A stretch of 64,000 nucleotides of DNA from Ignavibacteriales bacterium (GTDB lineage Bacteria > Bacteroidota > Ignavibacteria > UBA10030 > UBA8401): NCBI GenBank assembly GCA_026390635.1, contig JAPLFO010000148.1, forward strand, positions 60,080 through 124,079, written 5' to 3'. Every line of letters starts with the position of its first letter. Position 1 is the first letter of the stretch. A model generated the notes under the pieces. That model had not been told where the DNA came from, ran no database searches, and saw nothing but the letters and a program-made list of their open reading frames with translations. The position numbers and the translations under genes were made by a program. Positions 54,324-64,000 of the stretch are shown here, piece after piece.

Positions 54324-55726
54324 GCGTGTTTCATTGCCGCCGCGAGAAGAGCATCGACTTTTTCTTTGGTTGGGGCCTCGGCATAAAACCGGATGAGCGG
54401 TTCCGTCCCCGACGCACGCACAAGGATCCACCCTCCGTCCACAAATATTTTGAAGCCGTCAGTGGTGTCGATGGTGTTGATTGTGAACGGTCCCACTTTC
54501 TTCGGCTTCTTTGAATAAAATCCGACAATCTTTTTCTTTTCCGCCTCGGTGACGTGTGCATCAATACGCCCGAAATGGAACTCGCCGTACTCGTCAAACA
54601 ATTCCTGCACCAATTCGCTGAGCTTTTTTCGCCGCACGGCCATGATTTCAGCCAACAGAAAGCCGACATAGATCCCGTCGCGTTCCGGCAGATGTCCCAT
54701 CACACCCAGTCCGCCGCTCTCCTCGCCGGCGATAATAATCTTGCGCTCGGTCATCAGACGACAGAGATGCTTAAATCCCACCGCCGTTTCATGCATCGGA
54801 ATGCCATATCGCTGGCACATCTTCGGAATAATCTGACAGACGGAAAGAGACTTCGCGACTTCGCCCTTGAAGTGTTTCCGCTCGACCAGGTATTTCAGGA
54901 GGATGGCGAAGATCTTGTGTGAATCGACAAAATTTCCTTTTTCGTCGACCGCGCCGATGCGATCCGCGTCGCCGTCTGTGGCAATGCCGATATCGTAGTG
55001 TCCGTCGCGCACTTCCATGCTCAGTTCTTCGAGATTCTGAGCCAGCGGTTCCGGATGGCCGCCGAGAAACGAAGGATTATACGAGTTGCGGATCGTGCCG
55101 ATTTTCGGAAGCAGCAGCTCCGGAACACCCTGCCCCGCGCCAAACATCGCATCGTACATGACCTTGATGCCGACGGCTCTGATTAGATCGAACTCGATCT
55201 TTGTCTTGATGTCTTCGACGTAAATCTTTGTAAGATCAACAAACTCAATCATCTTTTTCTTCTGCAGATCCTCGAACGATTTCACTTTCAACGGAAGCTC
55301 TTTTGCCTTCAGAATCGGCGCAAGCATTCTTTCCATCGCCGCTACCATTTCCGGATGGGCCGGACCTCCGAAATCGCCTTTCAGCTTGAAGCCGTTGTAT
55401 TTTGCAGGATTGTGACTCGCGGTGATCACCACGCCGCCTGCCGCTTTCATCTTCACGATCGCAAGCGACACCATCGGTGTTGAAGAAATTTTGTCCGCCA
55501 GCTTCACTTTCACGCCGGCGCTGGCAATTACCTGCGCAGTCGTGTGGGCAAACTCCATCGATAAGAATCGCGAATCGTAGCCGATCACAAGACCGTTCTT
55601 AATCTTCTTGTGTTTTTTGAAGTACTGCGCAGTGGCCAGTGCCACTTTTTGTACGTTGGCGAACGTAAAATCATCGGCGATTATTCCGCGCCAGCCGTCC
55701 GTGCCGAATTTTATCGATGGTGCCAT
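54320..55726 (-). CDS. Phosphoglucomutase/phosphomannomutase (alpha-D-phosphohexomutase family)
   Basis: GGVVITASHNPAKYNGFK is the catalytic phosphoserine loop; four-domain architecture. The start is set at MAPSIKFGTDGWRG (ATG 55726). Confidence 0.85.
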   Translation of the reverse strand: MAPSIKFGTDGWRGIIADDFTFANVQKVALATAQYFKKHKKIKNGLVIGYDSRFLSMEFAHTTAQVIASAGVKVKLADKISSTPMVSLAIVKMKAAGGVVITASHNPAKYNGFKLKGDFGGPAHPEMVAAMERMLAPILKAKELPLKVKSFEDLQKKKMIEFVDLTKIYVEDIKTKIEFDLIRAVGIKVMYDAMFGAGQGVPELLLPKIGTIRNSYNPSFLGGHPEPLAQNLEELSMEVRDGHYDIGIATDGDADRIGAVDEKGNFVDSHKIFAILLKYLVERKHFKGEVAKSLSVCQIIPKMCQRYGIPMHETAVGFKHLCRLMTERKIIIAGEESGGLGVMGHLPERDGIYVGFLLAEIMAVRRKKLSELVQELFDEYGEFHFGRIDAHVTEAEKKKIVGFYSKKPKKVGPFTINTIDTTDGFKIFVDGGWILVRASGTEPLIRFYAEAPTKEKVDALLAAAMKHA

Positions 55727-55835
55727 GGGTACTCCGGAAAATTTATTATTGAACAGTTCTGCTTCTTTATCGAAATGAATTCCAACCGCGTCATGTTTCT
55801 TCCTGGAAACAGAAGCGCCGCCGCGACAGCAACAT

Positions 55836-57167
<1,332 letters not shown>

Positions 57168-57229
57168 TTATCATACAGCGGATGTTCATAATTGCTGTGA
57201 AATTACGTCATAATTTGCCTGAAATGCAA

Positions 57230-57475
57230 TGCACCAAAACAGTGAAATATGCCCACTATGGGGAGAAAACACAAAAAATCCCCTTACGGTGGGCTGGAGC
57301 CAAATCTGCAGCGCGACTCTGTGGAGTCGCGACCAAGGATCTGACGGATCGAGACCACAGTCTCGAGCTACAGTACCGTCATTGGACATACCGGGAGATT
57401 TGTTCGGAAATCCGAAACGCGCTTCACTCGAAATGGGCAGATCTGGTTCCCTTGCCACTCAGTGGTTTTTTCTTT
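57230..57475 (+). ncRNA. Candidate structured leader or small RNA upstream of the tocopherol-cyclase-like gene, ending in a weak intrinsic terminator
   Basis: Several perfect local hairpins: gcgactctgtggagtcgc, cgagaccacagtctcg, cggaaatccg. It ends with gccactcagtggtttttt, a 5-6-bp stem plus T6, at 57452-57471. It matches no RNA family I know. Confidence 0.25.
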
Positions 57476-57504
57476 ACTCTATAACTTCACCAACCTCACG
57501 GACT

Positions 57505-58503
57505 ATGTCCTACTATAGAAACCTCTTCCATCCCGAACACTATCACGGTGCATCAAAAAAACCACCGTTCTTCGAAGGCTGGTACTTCAAAATAGTCGAT
57601 GCCGCCGGCAGACAGAAATTTGCAGTGATCCCCGGCATTTTTCTCCATGACAACCATGGCGATCGTCACTCGTTTATCCAGATTCTCAACGGCGTGACCG
57701 GGAAGTCGACGTATCACCAATTTCCGTTTGAGAGTTTCTCCTATGATTCCGGCTGTTTCGAGATTCGCATCGGCACGAATCGCTTCACACGCACATCGAT
57801 CTCGCTCGGTATCGACGGCAACCAACAGTCAATGAAAGGCACTCTGGAATTCGCCGGCATCAAGCCATGGCCGATCACATTGAGGTCCCCTGGCGTCATG
57901 GGGTGGTATGCATGGATTCCGGTGATGGAATGCAATCACGGTGTGCTCAGTATGGATCATGAGATATCCGGTACGCTTTGCATCGATGACACTGCGATTG
58001 ATTTCACTGGGGGACGGGGTTACATCGAAAAAGACTGGGGAAAATCTTTTCCCCTTGCACACATCTGGATGCAGACGAATCATTTTGGTACACCGGGGAC
58101 GAGTCTTTCAGCTTCGGTTGCGATTATTCCGTGGACCGGCTATTCTTTTCCTGGTTTCATCGTTGGCTTCCTTCACCAGGGAACACTTCACCGCTTTGCG
58201 ACCTACACCGGCACCAAGATAACTTCTCTGGACGTCACCGACACCGATATCTACTGGAGCATGGAATCAAAAAAAGAACGGCTCACTATTCACGCGGCGA
58301 GAACGAACGGCGGACTTCTCCATGCACCGACGACGGCAGAAATGTCGCAGCGGTTGATGGAGTCTCTCACGTCCTCCGTCGATGCAACATTGACCGATCG
58401 CGATGGGCAGTCACTCTTCTCCGGCCGAGGAATGCATGCCGGCCTTGAGGTGGGCGGCAATGTTGACAATCTCATTTCGCTGTGGAAGAGTTCAAAGAGA
58501 TGA
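57505..58503 (+). CDS. Tocopherol-cyclase-like protein
   Basis: MSYYRNLFHPEHYHGASKKPPFFEGWYFKIVDAAG... resembles the VTE1/SXD1 N-terminus HSGYHFDG..RKFFEGWYF. The start is set at ATG 57505; the ORF-track start at 57229 runs through the leader. Confidence 0.45.
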   Translation: MSYYRNLFHPEHYHGASKKPPFFEGWYFKIVDAAGRQKFAVIPGIFLHDNHGDRHSFIQILNGVTGKSTYHQFPFESFSYDSGCFEIRIGTNRFTRTSISLGIDGNQQSMKGTLEFAGIKPWPITLRSPGVMGWYAWIPVMECNHGVLSMDHEISGTLCIDDTAIDFTGGRGYIEKDWGKSFPLAHIWMQTNHFGTPGTSLSASVAIIPWTGYSFPGFIVGFLHQGTLHRFATYTGTKITSLDVTDTDIYWSMESKKERLTIHAARTNGGLLHAPTTAEMSQRLMESLTSSVDATLTDRDGQSLFSGRGMHAGLEVGGNVDNLISLWKSSKR

Positions 58504-58574
58504 AGTTGAGGAATGCTGCACTGATCAATTCGATGGAGAATTACACGAAAAGCATGAGCCGCTGAATTGCGAGG

Positions 58575-59429
58575 TTACTCTTCTCCGTATGCTTTCACGT
58601 TGTATCTAATGTCCTTCAGCGTGAACCGCCCGTACGTAAAATCACCTTCCGGATAGTTCCAGATCGTTTCTCCGTATGTCGGAATTCTTCTTCCGTCGAT
58701 TTCCTTATAGTCCCGGAGCGGTGTCGACCATCGTGCTTTTCTCAGAGACCCGTCATCCTGCAATGCGGATCTGTCTTCTGACACAAAATTGACAAGTTCT
58801 CCCTTGGTGTTGAAATAGAGTATTGCCGACACGTTGTACGGACCATTTTCCATGCTCACCTGGACAGAAAGAGAATCGATCTCTTTCCAGGAAAGTCGTT
58901 TGTCAATGAGATTTCCAGGAACAAACAGGCACATATCATTTAGTAAGGTAACGGTCTCGGCTGTCGTCAGATCTTTTCCTGCAATATCAACAGCATTGAA
59001 GAGTGATGCAATCCTAACCACGAATGTCGCTTTCTGATCAGCGTAGATATGCAATACCCGAAATGGAACCAGAAACTTGCTTGCTTTCATGAAGAAAAGA
59101 CGGGCAGGACTGCCACAAAAATTGTACTGCTCGGATTGTGCCTCCAGCGGAGCCGCGCCCGGCCGCTGTATCATTTGGGCATCAAACACTACGCGCACAT
59201 TCTGCGGTTTGCTTTTTCCAACTGCACCGGCATAGACAAGGTATTTTTGCACCGGAGCGGGCAGGTGCACTATGTCAGATTCAGTAAGAATCTCTTCGGG
59301 TGCCGGCGGCTGTTTGGCAAATTCTTTCTTCACTTTGGATATGTATTCGCTCTGAACGGAACCACACCCAGAAAATGCTGCAAGAGATGCAACGGCGATA
59401 CCGGTTGCAACAAGAATGAGCCTATCCAT
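58575..59429 (-). CDS. Hypothetical lipoprotein
   Basis: MDRLILVATGIAVASLAAFSGC lipobox (start 59429); no recognised domain. Confidence 0.5.
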   Translation of the reverse strand: MDRLILVATGIAVASLAAFSGCGSVQSEYISKVKKEFAKQPPAPEEILTESDIVHLPAPVQKYLVYAGAVGKSKPQNVRVVFDAQMIQRPGAAPLEAQSEQYNFCGSPARLFFMKASKFLVPFRVLHIYADQKATFVVRIASLFNAVDIAGKDLTTAETVTLLNDMCLFVPGNLIDKRLSWKEIDSLSVQVSMENGPYNVSAILYFNTKGELVNFVSEDRSALQDDGSLRKARWSTPLRDYKEIDGRRIPTYGETIWNYPEGDFTYGRFTLKDIRYNVKAYGEE

Positions 59430-60315
59430 TGTATTTATCCTTTTGCACAAGGCGATTTTCTTCATAATGTCGTACGACGTAGACAAATCCAACAAAGACG
59501 ATTAGTGCAAGCATGAGAAACACGATCATATCCCGCATCAAGAACGTCGGATCATTCTTCAGGAGCATCACAAGTCCCATTGCATTGACCGCAACGATCA
59601 TCGTGAGAAAGAAACCATAGAACATGAATTGAATCGGATACGTGGTATTTGGCCTTGTCCAGAGTAGATAGACACTGATGAAACCCAACGGAATTGAAAA
59701 TCCCAGATCAAAAATTCGTACCAACCAAAAGGCAGCCGGTGCAAGATCATACGCACGCGCAGTACCGGTTGACATTACTTCTTGAATTTCCTGGATCCAC
59801 ATGGAGGCAAATATCAGAAGAAAGAATGAAAACAGAAAAGAGTATAGAACAAGTCCCTTCCTCTTGAAATTGCTCTGTACGTTTTTGGGAAATATTGAAA
59901 GCGAATACAGCAGCAACACAAGAGAAGAAATCAGTATGAAAAGAAAGTGGTAAGTATACAATTCGCTATTGCCGGTGTATTTCGACGCGCTCCATTCCCA
60001 ACCAATTGTGTAGCTCAAAACATAGTAGATTAAATACAGAGGCGTCATAATGAGAAGGTAGCGAGATATTTGTTTTTTGAAGAATAGTCCAACGCCGCCA
60101 ATAATCAGCATGGGACTCAAGAGGAATATGTTGACGATGTCCTGTCCGATCAGCTGATTGTTGATGATCTCTGCTGTTTTATATCGTATGTGATGATGGA
60201 ACAGCGGACCTTCGATCGCCAGGTAGATCAGCGTGATGCCGGTCGTGATTGCGAGCAGCGACGCAATGATCCTTTCAAATGTGTTTCCGAACGTGCTATC
60301 ACGATTAGTATGCAT
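59422..60315 (-). CDS. Hypothetical polytopic membrane protein
   Basis: 297 aa with about 8 hydrophobic segments. Its stop region overlaps the start of the downstream lipoprotein gene by 8 nt, so the two are probably co-transcribed. Confidence 0.5.
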   Translation of the reverse strand: MHTNRDSTFGNTFERIIASLLAITTGITLIYLAIEGPLFHHHIRYKTAEIINNQLIGQDIVNIFLLSPMLIIGGVGLFFKKQISRYLLIMTPLYLIYYVLSYTIGWEWSASKYTGNSELYTYHFLFILISSLVLLLYSLSIFPKNVQSNFKRKGLVLYSFLFSFFLLIFASMWIQEIQEVMSTGTARAYDLAPAAFWLVRIFDLGFSIPLGFISVYLLWTRPNTTYPIQFMFYGFFLTMIVAVNAMGLVMLLKNDPTFLMRDMIVFLMLALIVFVGFVYVVRHYEENRLVQKDKYNG

Positions 60316-60404
60316 TGGGTTTCCTTCGCCAGCAAAGAAGAAGCAATTCTCCGGTCATAGCGGCGCGCCCAAGGGGACAGAGTGAGTGAAGACTCTTCCG
60401 AATC

Positions 60405-60474
60405 GTCATCCCAGCGAAAGCTGGGATCCAGTGCCGATTCCGAAGAAATGGATCCCGGCTTTCGCCGGGATGAC
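60405..60474. repeat. 70-bp palindromic element built from two near-complementary hairpins
   Basis: gtcatcccagcgaaagctgggatcc ... ggatcccggctttcgccgggatgac. Each arm is itself a hairpin. The arms differ by compensatory changes (cccagc/gctggg versus cccggc/gccggg). The antisense translation IPAFAGMT is the known mark of such repeat families. Confidence 0.65.
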
Positions 60475-60554
60475 CACCGTGATGACTTTCACACATTCTG
60501 GAAGCTTGGGAGCGTTATCTACACCGACTTGATGCATTCGTTTGTATGTCGCGG

Positions 60555-60980
60555 CTATTCTGTGAATTCAATGACATCGGCACGGACCATGACCTTGGGC
60601 CGTGTGTAGACGAACAGGTTTAAGACGTCGGAATCATAGCGCACATTGGTGAGCGCCAGTTTTCTTCCTTCCACTGCGCCGTGGGCTGCTTCAAAATTTT
60701 TCCAGAGATTGTCCAGCGCTTCTTTATACAGCATCCCCGTTCCTTCGATGCGGACAAGTGCAAAGGTTTGTGTCACCATTCCCATCGACATCGATGCACC
60801 GAATAAATATCCCACCTCTGCTTCGCCGGACACACCCCGCGCAACGATCTTGAAATTACTCTTTTGCAACTGCACGTCCGTGATATTTCCCGCTGTAAAC
60901 ATGCCGCCGGTGGAACATCCGGAAGCGGTGAGCAAAAGTGCAAAAGCCGCACAGACGACAACTGCTTTGTTTGTTTTCAT
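60555..60980 (-). CDS. Hypothetical lipoprotein
   Basis: MKTNKAVVVCAAFALLLTASGCS lipobox; 141 aa. Confidence 0.5.
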   Translation of the reverse strand: MKTNKAVVVCAAFALLLTASGCSTGGMFTAGNITDVQLQKSNFKIVARGVSGEAEVGYLFGASMSMGMVTQTFALVRIEGTGMLYKEALDNLWKNFEAAHGAVEGRKLALTNVRYDSDVLNLFVYTRPKVMVRADVIEFTE

Positions 60981-61318
60981 GACGTGATTCTCCTTTGGGT
61001 TAGTGCTGCGTTGGTTTATTGTGAATTGTATCTGCTAGAACTTCCATCTCACAAAGAGAAGAGGAGCGCGGAATTCATTCCACATGTCGAATCCACGGTA
61101 CTATTTCTTCTTCTGCGAGGCCTAAAAGGAATTATAACCAGGCCACAATTGATATTCAAGATGAAAATTGTTCCACATGTACCGCTTGTATCCGAAAAAG
61201 AGTGTCCACGCATGAAGAAGGTGGGCAATGTCTCTTTCTGGTCCATATCCATTTTGGGTTGTCAATTTATACGTATCTTTTCCGAATTAGTGACTAGAAG
61301 TCATCTCAAAAATAGACG

Positions 61319-61455
61319 GTCATTGCGAGGGAGCCCCGCCATAGGCGGGGTAAACTCCGCGACGAAGCAATCTTGTCCCCAAAAGCAGGAAAGAAGGATT
61401 GTGCCGTTGTACGGCATCCATTGGACTTCGCCAAAGAACGGCTCGCAATGACGCT
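61319..61455. repeat. MITE-like palindromic element, family B, copy 2
   Basis: Terminal inverted repeats gtcattgcgagg...gctcgcaatgac. The core tgtgccgttgtacggcatccattggacttcgccaaagaacgg is shared with 39931-40078. Confidence 0.7.
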
Positions 61456-61583
61456 TGCCCAGGATTTTTGAGATGGCTTCCAGTCACTTCGTCTCTCCGC
61501 TTCATATTCACAGAAACATTCCAATCCATCCCTGAGCAAAAAACCGTATATTGTGAAAATTGAAATTTTCAAAGGAGCTTTCT

Positions 61584-62606
61584 ATGTCTACCAGAGCAGT
61601 CCTTATTACCGGCGCCAACGGCGAAATCGGCCATGGCCTGGTATCCCGCCTGACAGAAAAACATCCCGACATCCACATCGTCGCGATTGATGTCCATCCC
61701 TTGAGCAAAGCGCTTCAGGACCAATGTCATGAAGTTATTGTCGGCGATGTGCTGGATTCGACAATGATCGACCGGCTTGCTGCGTTTTACGATTTCAGTT
61801 CGATCTATCATCTTGCGGCCATTCTCTCCACGAAAGCAGAGCGCGAACCGGTACTTGGTCACCGTGTGAATGTTGACGGAACGCTCGGCCTGCTGGAGCT
61901 TGCCGCTCGTCAGGCCCGCGCCACCGGCGAGAATGTGAAATTTCTTTTTCCCAGTTCGATCGCGGCCTATGGATTGCCGGACGTTGCGACAAAAATGCGC
62001 GCGGGCAAAGTGAAGGAAAACGAATGGCTCGATGCGCGCACCATGTACGGCATCAATAAGAAATATTGTGAAGATCTGGGTCGCTATTACAATTGGTACT
62101 ATCGCCAAATCGACCCACAGCCGACAGCGGCCCATGTCGATTTTCGCGCGATTCGTTTTCCCGGACTGATCAGCGCCATTACCATGCCCACCGGCGGCAC
62201 GAGCGACTATGGTCCTGAGATGATGCACAACGCCGCCGCGGGAAAACCGTACGATTGCTTTGTTCCGGAATCAGCAACACTCCCCTTCATGACGATGCCG
62301 GATGCGATCAACGCACTGCTGCAGCTTGAAGAAACACCCGCCAAAAATCTGACGCAAGTGGTCTACAATATCGGTGCGTTCAGTGTTTCTGCCAGGGATT
62401 TTTATGATGTCATCAAAGAGGCTTTTCCCGAAGCCGTCGTCAATTTTAAACCGGACGTGCTGCGGCAGAAGATTGTCGACAGCTGGCCGGCCAATGTGGA
62501 CGACTCGTGGGCGCGCAAGGAATGGGGCTGGCAGCCGGAATATGATTTTGTGCGGGCGTTTAGGGAGTATCTGATTCCGGCGGTGAAGGAGCGATATCGT
62601 ACGTAG
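61584..62606 (+). CDS. NAD-dependent epimerase/dehydratase family protein (L-threonine 3-dehydrogenase-like extended SDR)
   Basis: AVLITGANGEIGHGLV is the Rossmann GxxGxxG; YxxxK is present. The start is set at ATG 61584, 7 nt after an aaaggag SD. Confidence 0.7.
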   Translation: MSTRAVLITGANGEIGHGLVSRLTEKHPDIHIVAIDVHPLSKALQDQCHEVIVGDVLDSTMIDRLAAFYDFSSIYHLAAILSTKAEREPVLGHRVNVDGTLGLLELAARQARATGENVKFLFPSSIAAYGLPDVATKMRAGKVKENEWLDARTMYGINKKYCEDLGRYYNWYYRQIDPQPTAAHVDFRAIRFPGLISAITMPTGGTSDYGPEMMHNAAAGKPYDCFVPESATLPFMTMPDAINALLQLEETPAKNLTQVVYNIGAFSVSARDFYDVIKEAFPEAVVNFKPDVLRQKIVDSWPANVDDSWARKEWGWQPEYDFVRAFREYLIPAVKERYRT

Positions 62607-62818
62607 GAACGAACATCGTTCGCCGCAACAAAAGAAGCCGGAGAGATATGTCGTTCTCCGGTTTTTCTTTTTTCCAGCGCGGCCATTCAGACGCGGAGAA
62701 GAAAGTTCGCTCCAAAGGAGAGCCATATTCACTCCTGTTACCAGCGTTTCGGCTTTGCCGCCTTTTCGGTATCTTACAGTGGCTGCAAAAGTCAGACTTA
62801 GTTGATTTCCATCACAGC

Positions 62819-64000
62819 ATGACTTCTCCTATGCGCTCTTTTCTTATTCTCGCTGGATTTGTGTTCACGGTGACAACGTCTGCCGCCGCAAAACCGCCGG
62901 ACATTCTTGAATCCCTCGGCATCACCGTTTCCGATTCCACGAGACAGTTTTGTTTTACCAATAAACAGGCGGGGACATACTATGGTGAAGTGAATGCCCG
63001 CATCACCGGAGGATGGCATGGGTGGTTCGTCAATGCTCAAAAGATCCTTCACGATTATGATGCGGGGTGGAACCGCCGCCACGCAACGACGACCGTCTAT
63101 CCGCATCAAATTGTCCGGCAGTATTATGACGGAGATCTTGAGACGTTCACAATGCTCGACAGTCTCGACGCACTCGTTGTCGACCTGACACCGGCACGTG
63201 ATGCGAACATCGTTTTCACGCTTCAGCCGACACAGGATTTCACACTGCCGTCTGTCACGACCAGTACAGCACTCTTCGTCGGACGGCAGAAGACCGCCGC
63301 CACCGCAGCAACACCGGCCTGGCTGGGATGTGCCGCCGAATCATCGATCGTACGGAATGGAGCACTTGTCATCCGGGGGCGTCGCGGACACACTTCCAGA
63401 ATTGTCATTGCAGCAGGTCAATCGACCGTCGAGACGCAACATCTCATCGACATCGTGCTCGCCTCTGGAGATGCATTGATAGCGTCGAGAGCGGCCCGCA
63501 TGGAAAGGCTTCTTGCCGCATCCTCGTTGAAGATCAGCAATCCGGATGTGAACAAGGCCGTTCAATGGGCAAAGCTTTCTCTCGATGCACTGATCATGAA
63601 CCAAACTGTCGATGGTGTTCGGACGAAGGGAATTTTCGCAGGACTTCCCTGGTTCAACAACTACTGGGGACGCGATTCCTTTATTTCGCTGCCGGGAGCG
63701 ACGTACATTCTCGGCAATTTTGATGATGCAAGAAAGATTCTTCTCTCCTATGCGCAATTCCAGGATACCATTCCGTCCAGCACGACCTATGGACGTATTC
63801 CCAATCTGGCAACCCCGACGTCTGTCTCCTACAATACTGCCGATGGTACGCCACGATTTGTTATGGCACTGCACGAGTATGTACGGTATTCGGGAGATAC
63901 CACCCTTCTGAGCGCGCTGTATCCCGTCGTAAAGCGATCGATCGAAGGAACGCTCCGGTACCATACCGACGCTCTGCGGTTTCTGACACACGGAGATGCC
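62819..64000 (+). CDS. Secreted glycogen-debranching-enzyme-like (amylo-alpha-1,6-glucosidase / GDE_C family) protein; 3' end lies beyond the window
   Basis: The ORF track does not list it. ATG 62819 is followed by an uninterrupted frame to position 64000. Signal peptide MTSPMRSFLILAGFVFTVTTSAAA. GLPWFNNYWGRDSFISLPG is the GDE_C signature. Confidence 0.6.
   Translation, partial: MTSPMRSFLILAGFVFTVTTSAAAKPPDILESLGITVSDSTRQFCFTNKQAGTYYGEVNARITGGWHGWFVNAQKILHDYDAGWNRRHATTTVYPHQIVRQYYDGDLETFTMLDSLDALVVDLTPARDANIVFTLQPTQDFTLPSVTTSTALFVGRQKTAATAATPAWLGCAAESSIVRNGALVIRGRRGHTSRIVIAAGQSTVETQHLIDIVLASGDALIASRAARMERLLAASSLKISNPDVNKAVQWAKLSLDALIMNQTVDGVRTKGIFAGLPWFNNYWGRDSFISLPGATYILGNFDDARKILLSYAQFQDTIPSSTTYGRIPNLATPTSVSYNTADGTPRFVMALHEYVRYSGDTTLLSALYPVVKRSIEGTLRYHTDALRFLTHGDA

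Noticed and set aside
57229-57504. N-terminal 92 codons of the ORF-track call 57229-58503
   Set aside because: The extension (MHQNSEICPLWGEN...) has no signal or domain character and runs through hairpins and a T-run terminator. Homology to the cyclase family starts at MSYYRNLF (57505).
60305-60496. 63-aa ORF containing IPAFAGMT, and ORF 31603-31836
   Set aside because: Both are translations of the palindromic repeat elements (60405-60474 and family A) and not protein-coding genes.

Overview
This 64 kb window looks like chromosomal DNA from a mid/high-GC bacterium of the FCB group (Bacteroidota/Ignavibacteriota/Rhodothermota-like). That assignment is an inference from three consecutive secreted proteins carrying a C-terminal type IX secretion (T9SS) sorting domain. 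I found no rRNA, tRNA or CRISPR. Coding density is high and most genes are ordinary. They include the tail of a PyrB-like carbamoyltransferase, ornithine aminotransferase, an RND efflux pair, a MacA/MacB-like pair, UvrB, several peptidases, transporters, and a GalT-like/phosphoglucomutase/enolase cluster. Two regions stand out as possible undescribed systems. The first (19.3-24.9 kb) is a tandemly duplicated three-gene module, CheY-like receiver, then a 105-aa double-zinc-ribbon protein, then a PilB/GspE-type secretion ATPase, followed by ComFC. A T9SS-secreted endonuclease I lies about 10 kb away, which hints at DNA uptake. The second (40.1-51.2 kb) has three glutamate dehydrogenase genes interleaved with two divergent ~1000-aa paralogs that fuse two receiver-like domains to a PEP-utilising PPDK_N ATP-grasp domain. 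One of those paralogs is broken by a 49-bp exact direct repeat. The intergenic DNA is unusually rich in palindromic MITE/REP-like repeats of at least four families, all with gtcat...atgac-type termini, plus recurring CACAGAG heptamer clusters. Smaller points: a gene whose signal peptide is cut off by a T5 homopolymer frameshift, a standalone MetH activation-domain protein, a tocopherol-cyclase-like gene behind a hairpin-rich 240-nt leader, a three-domain carbohydrate esterase, and a glycogen-debranching-like gene at the 3' edge that the ORF track does not list.
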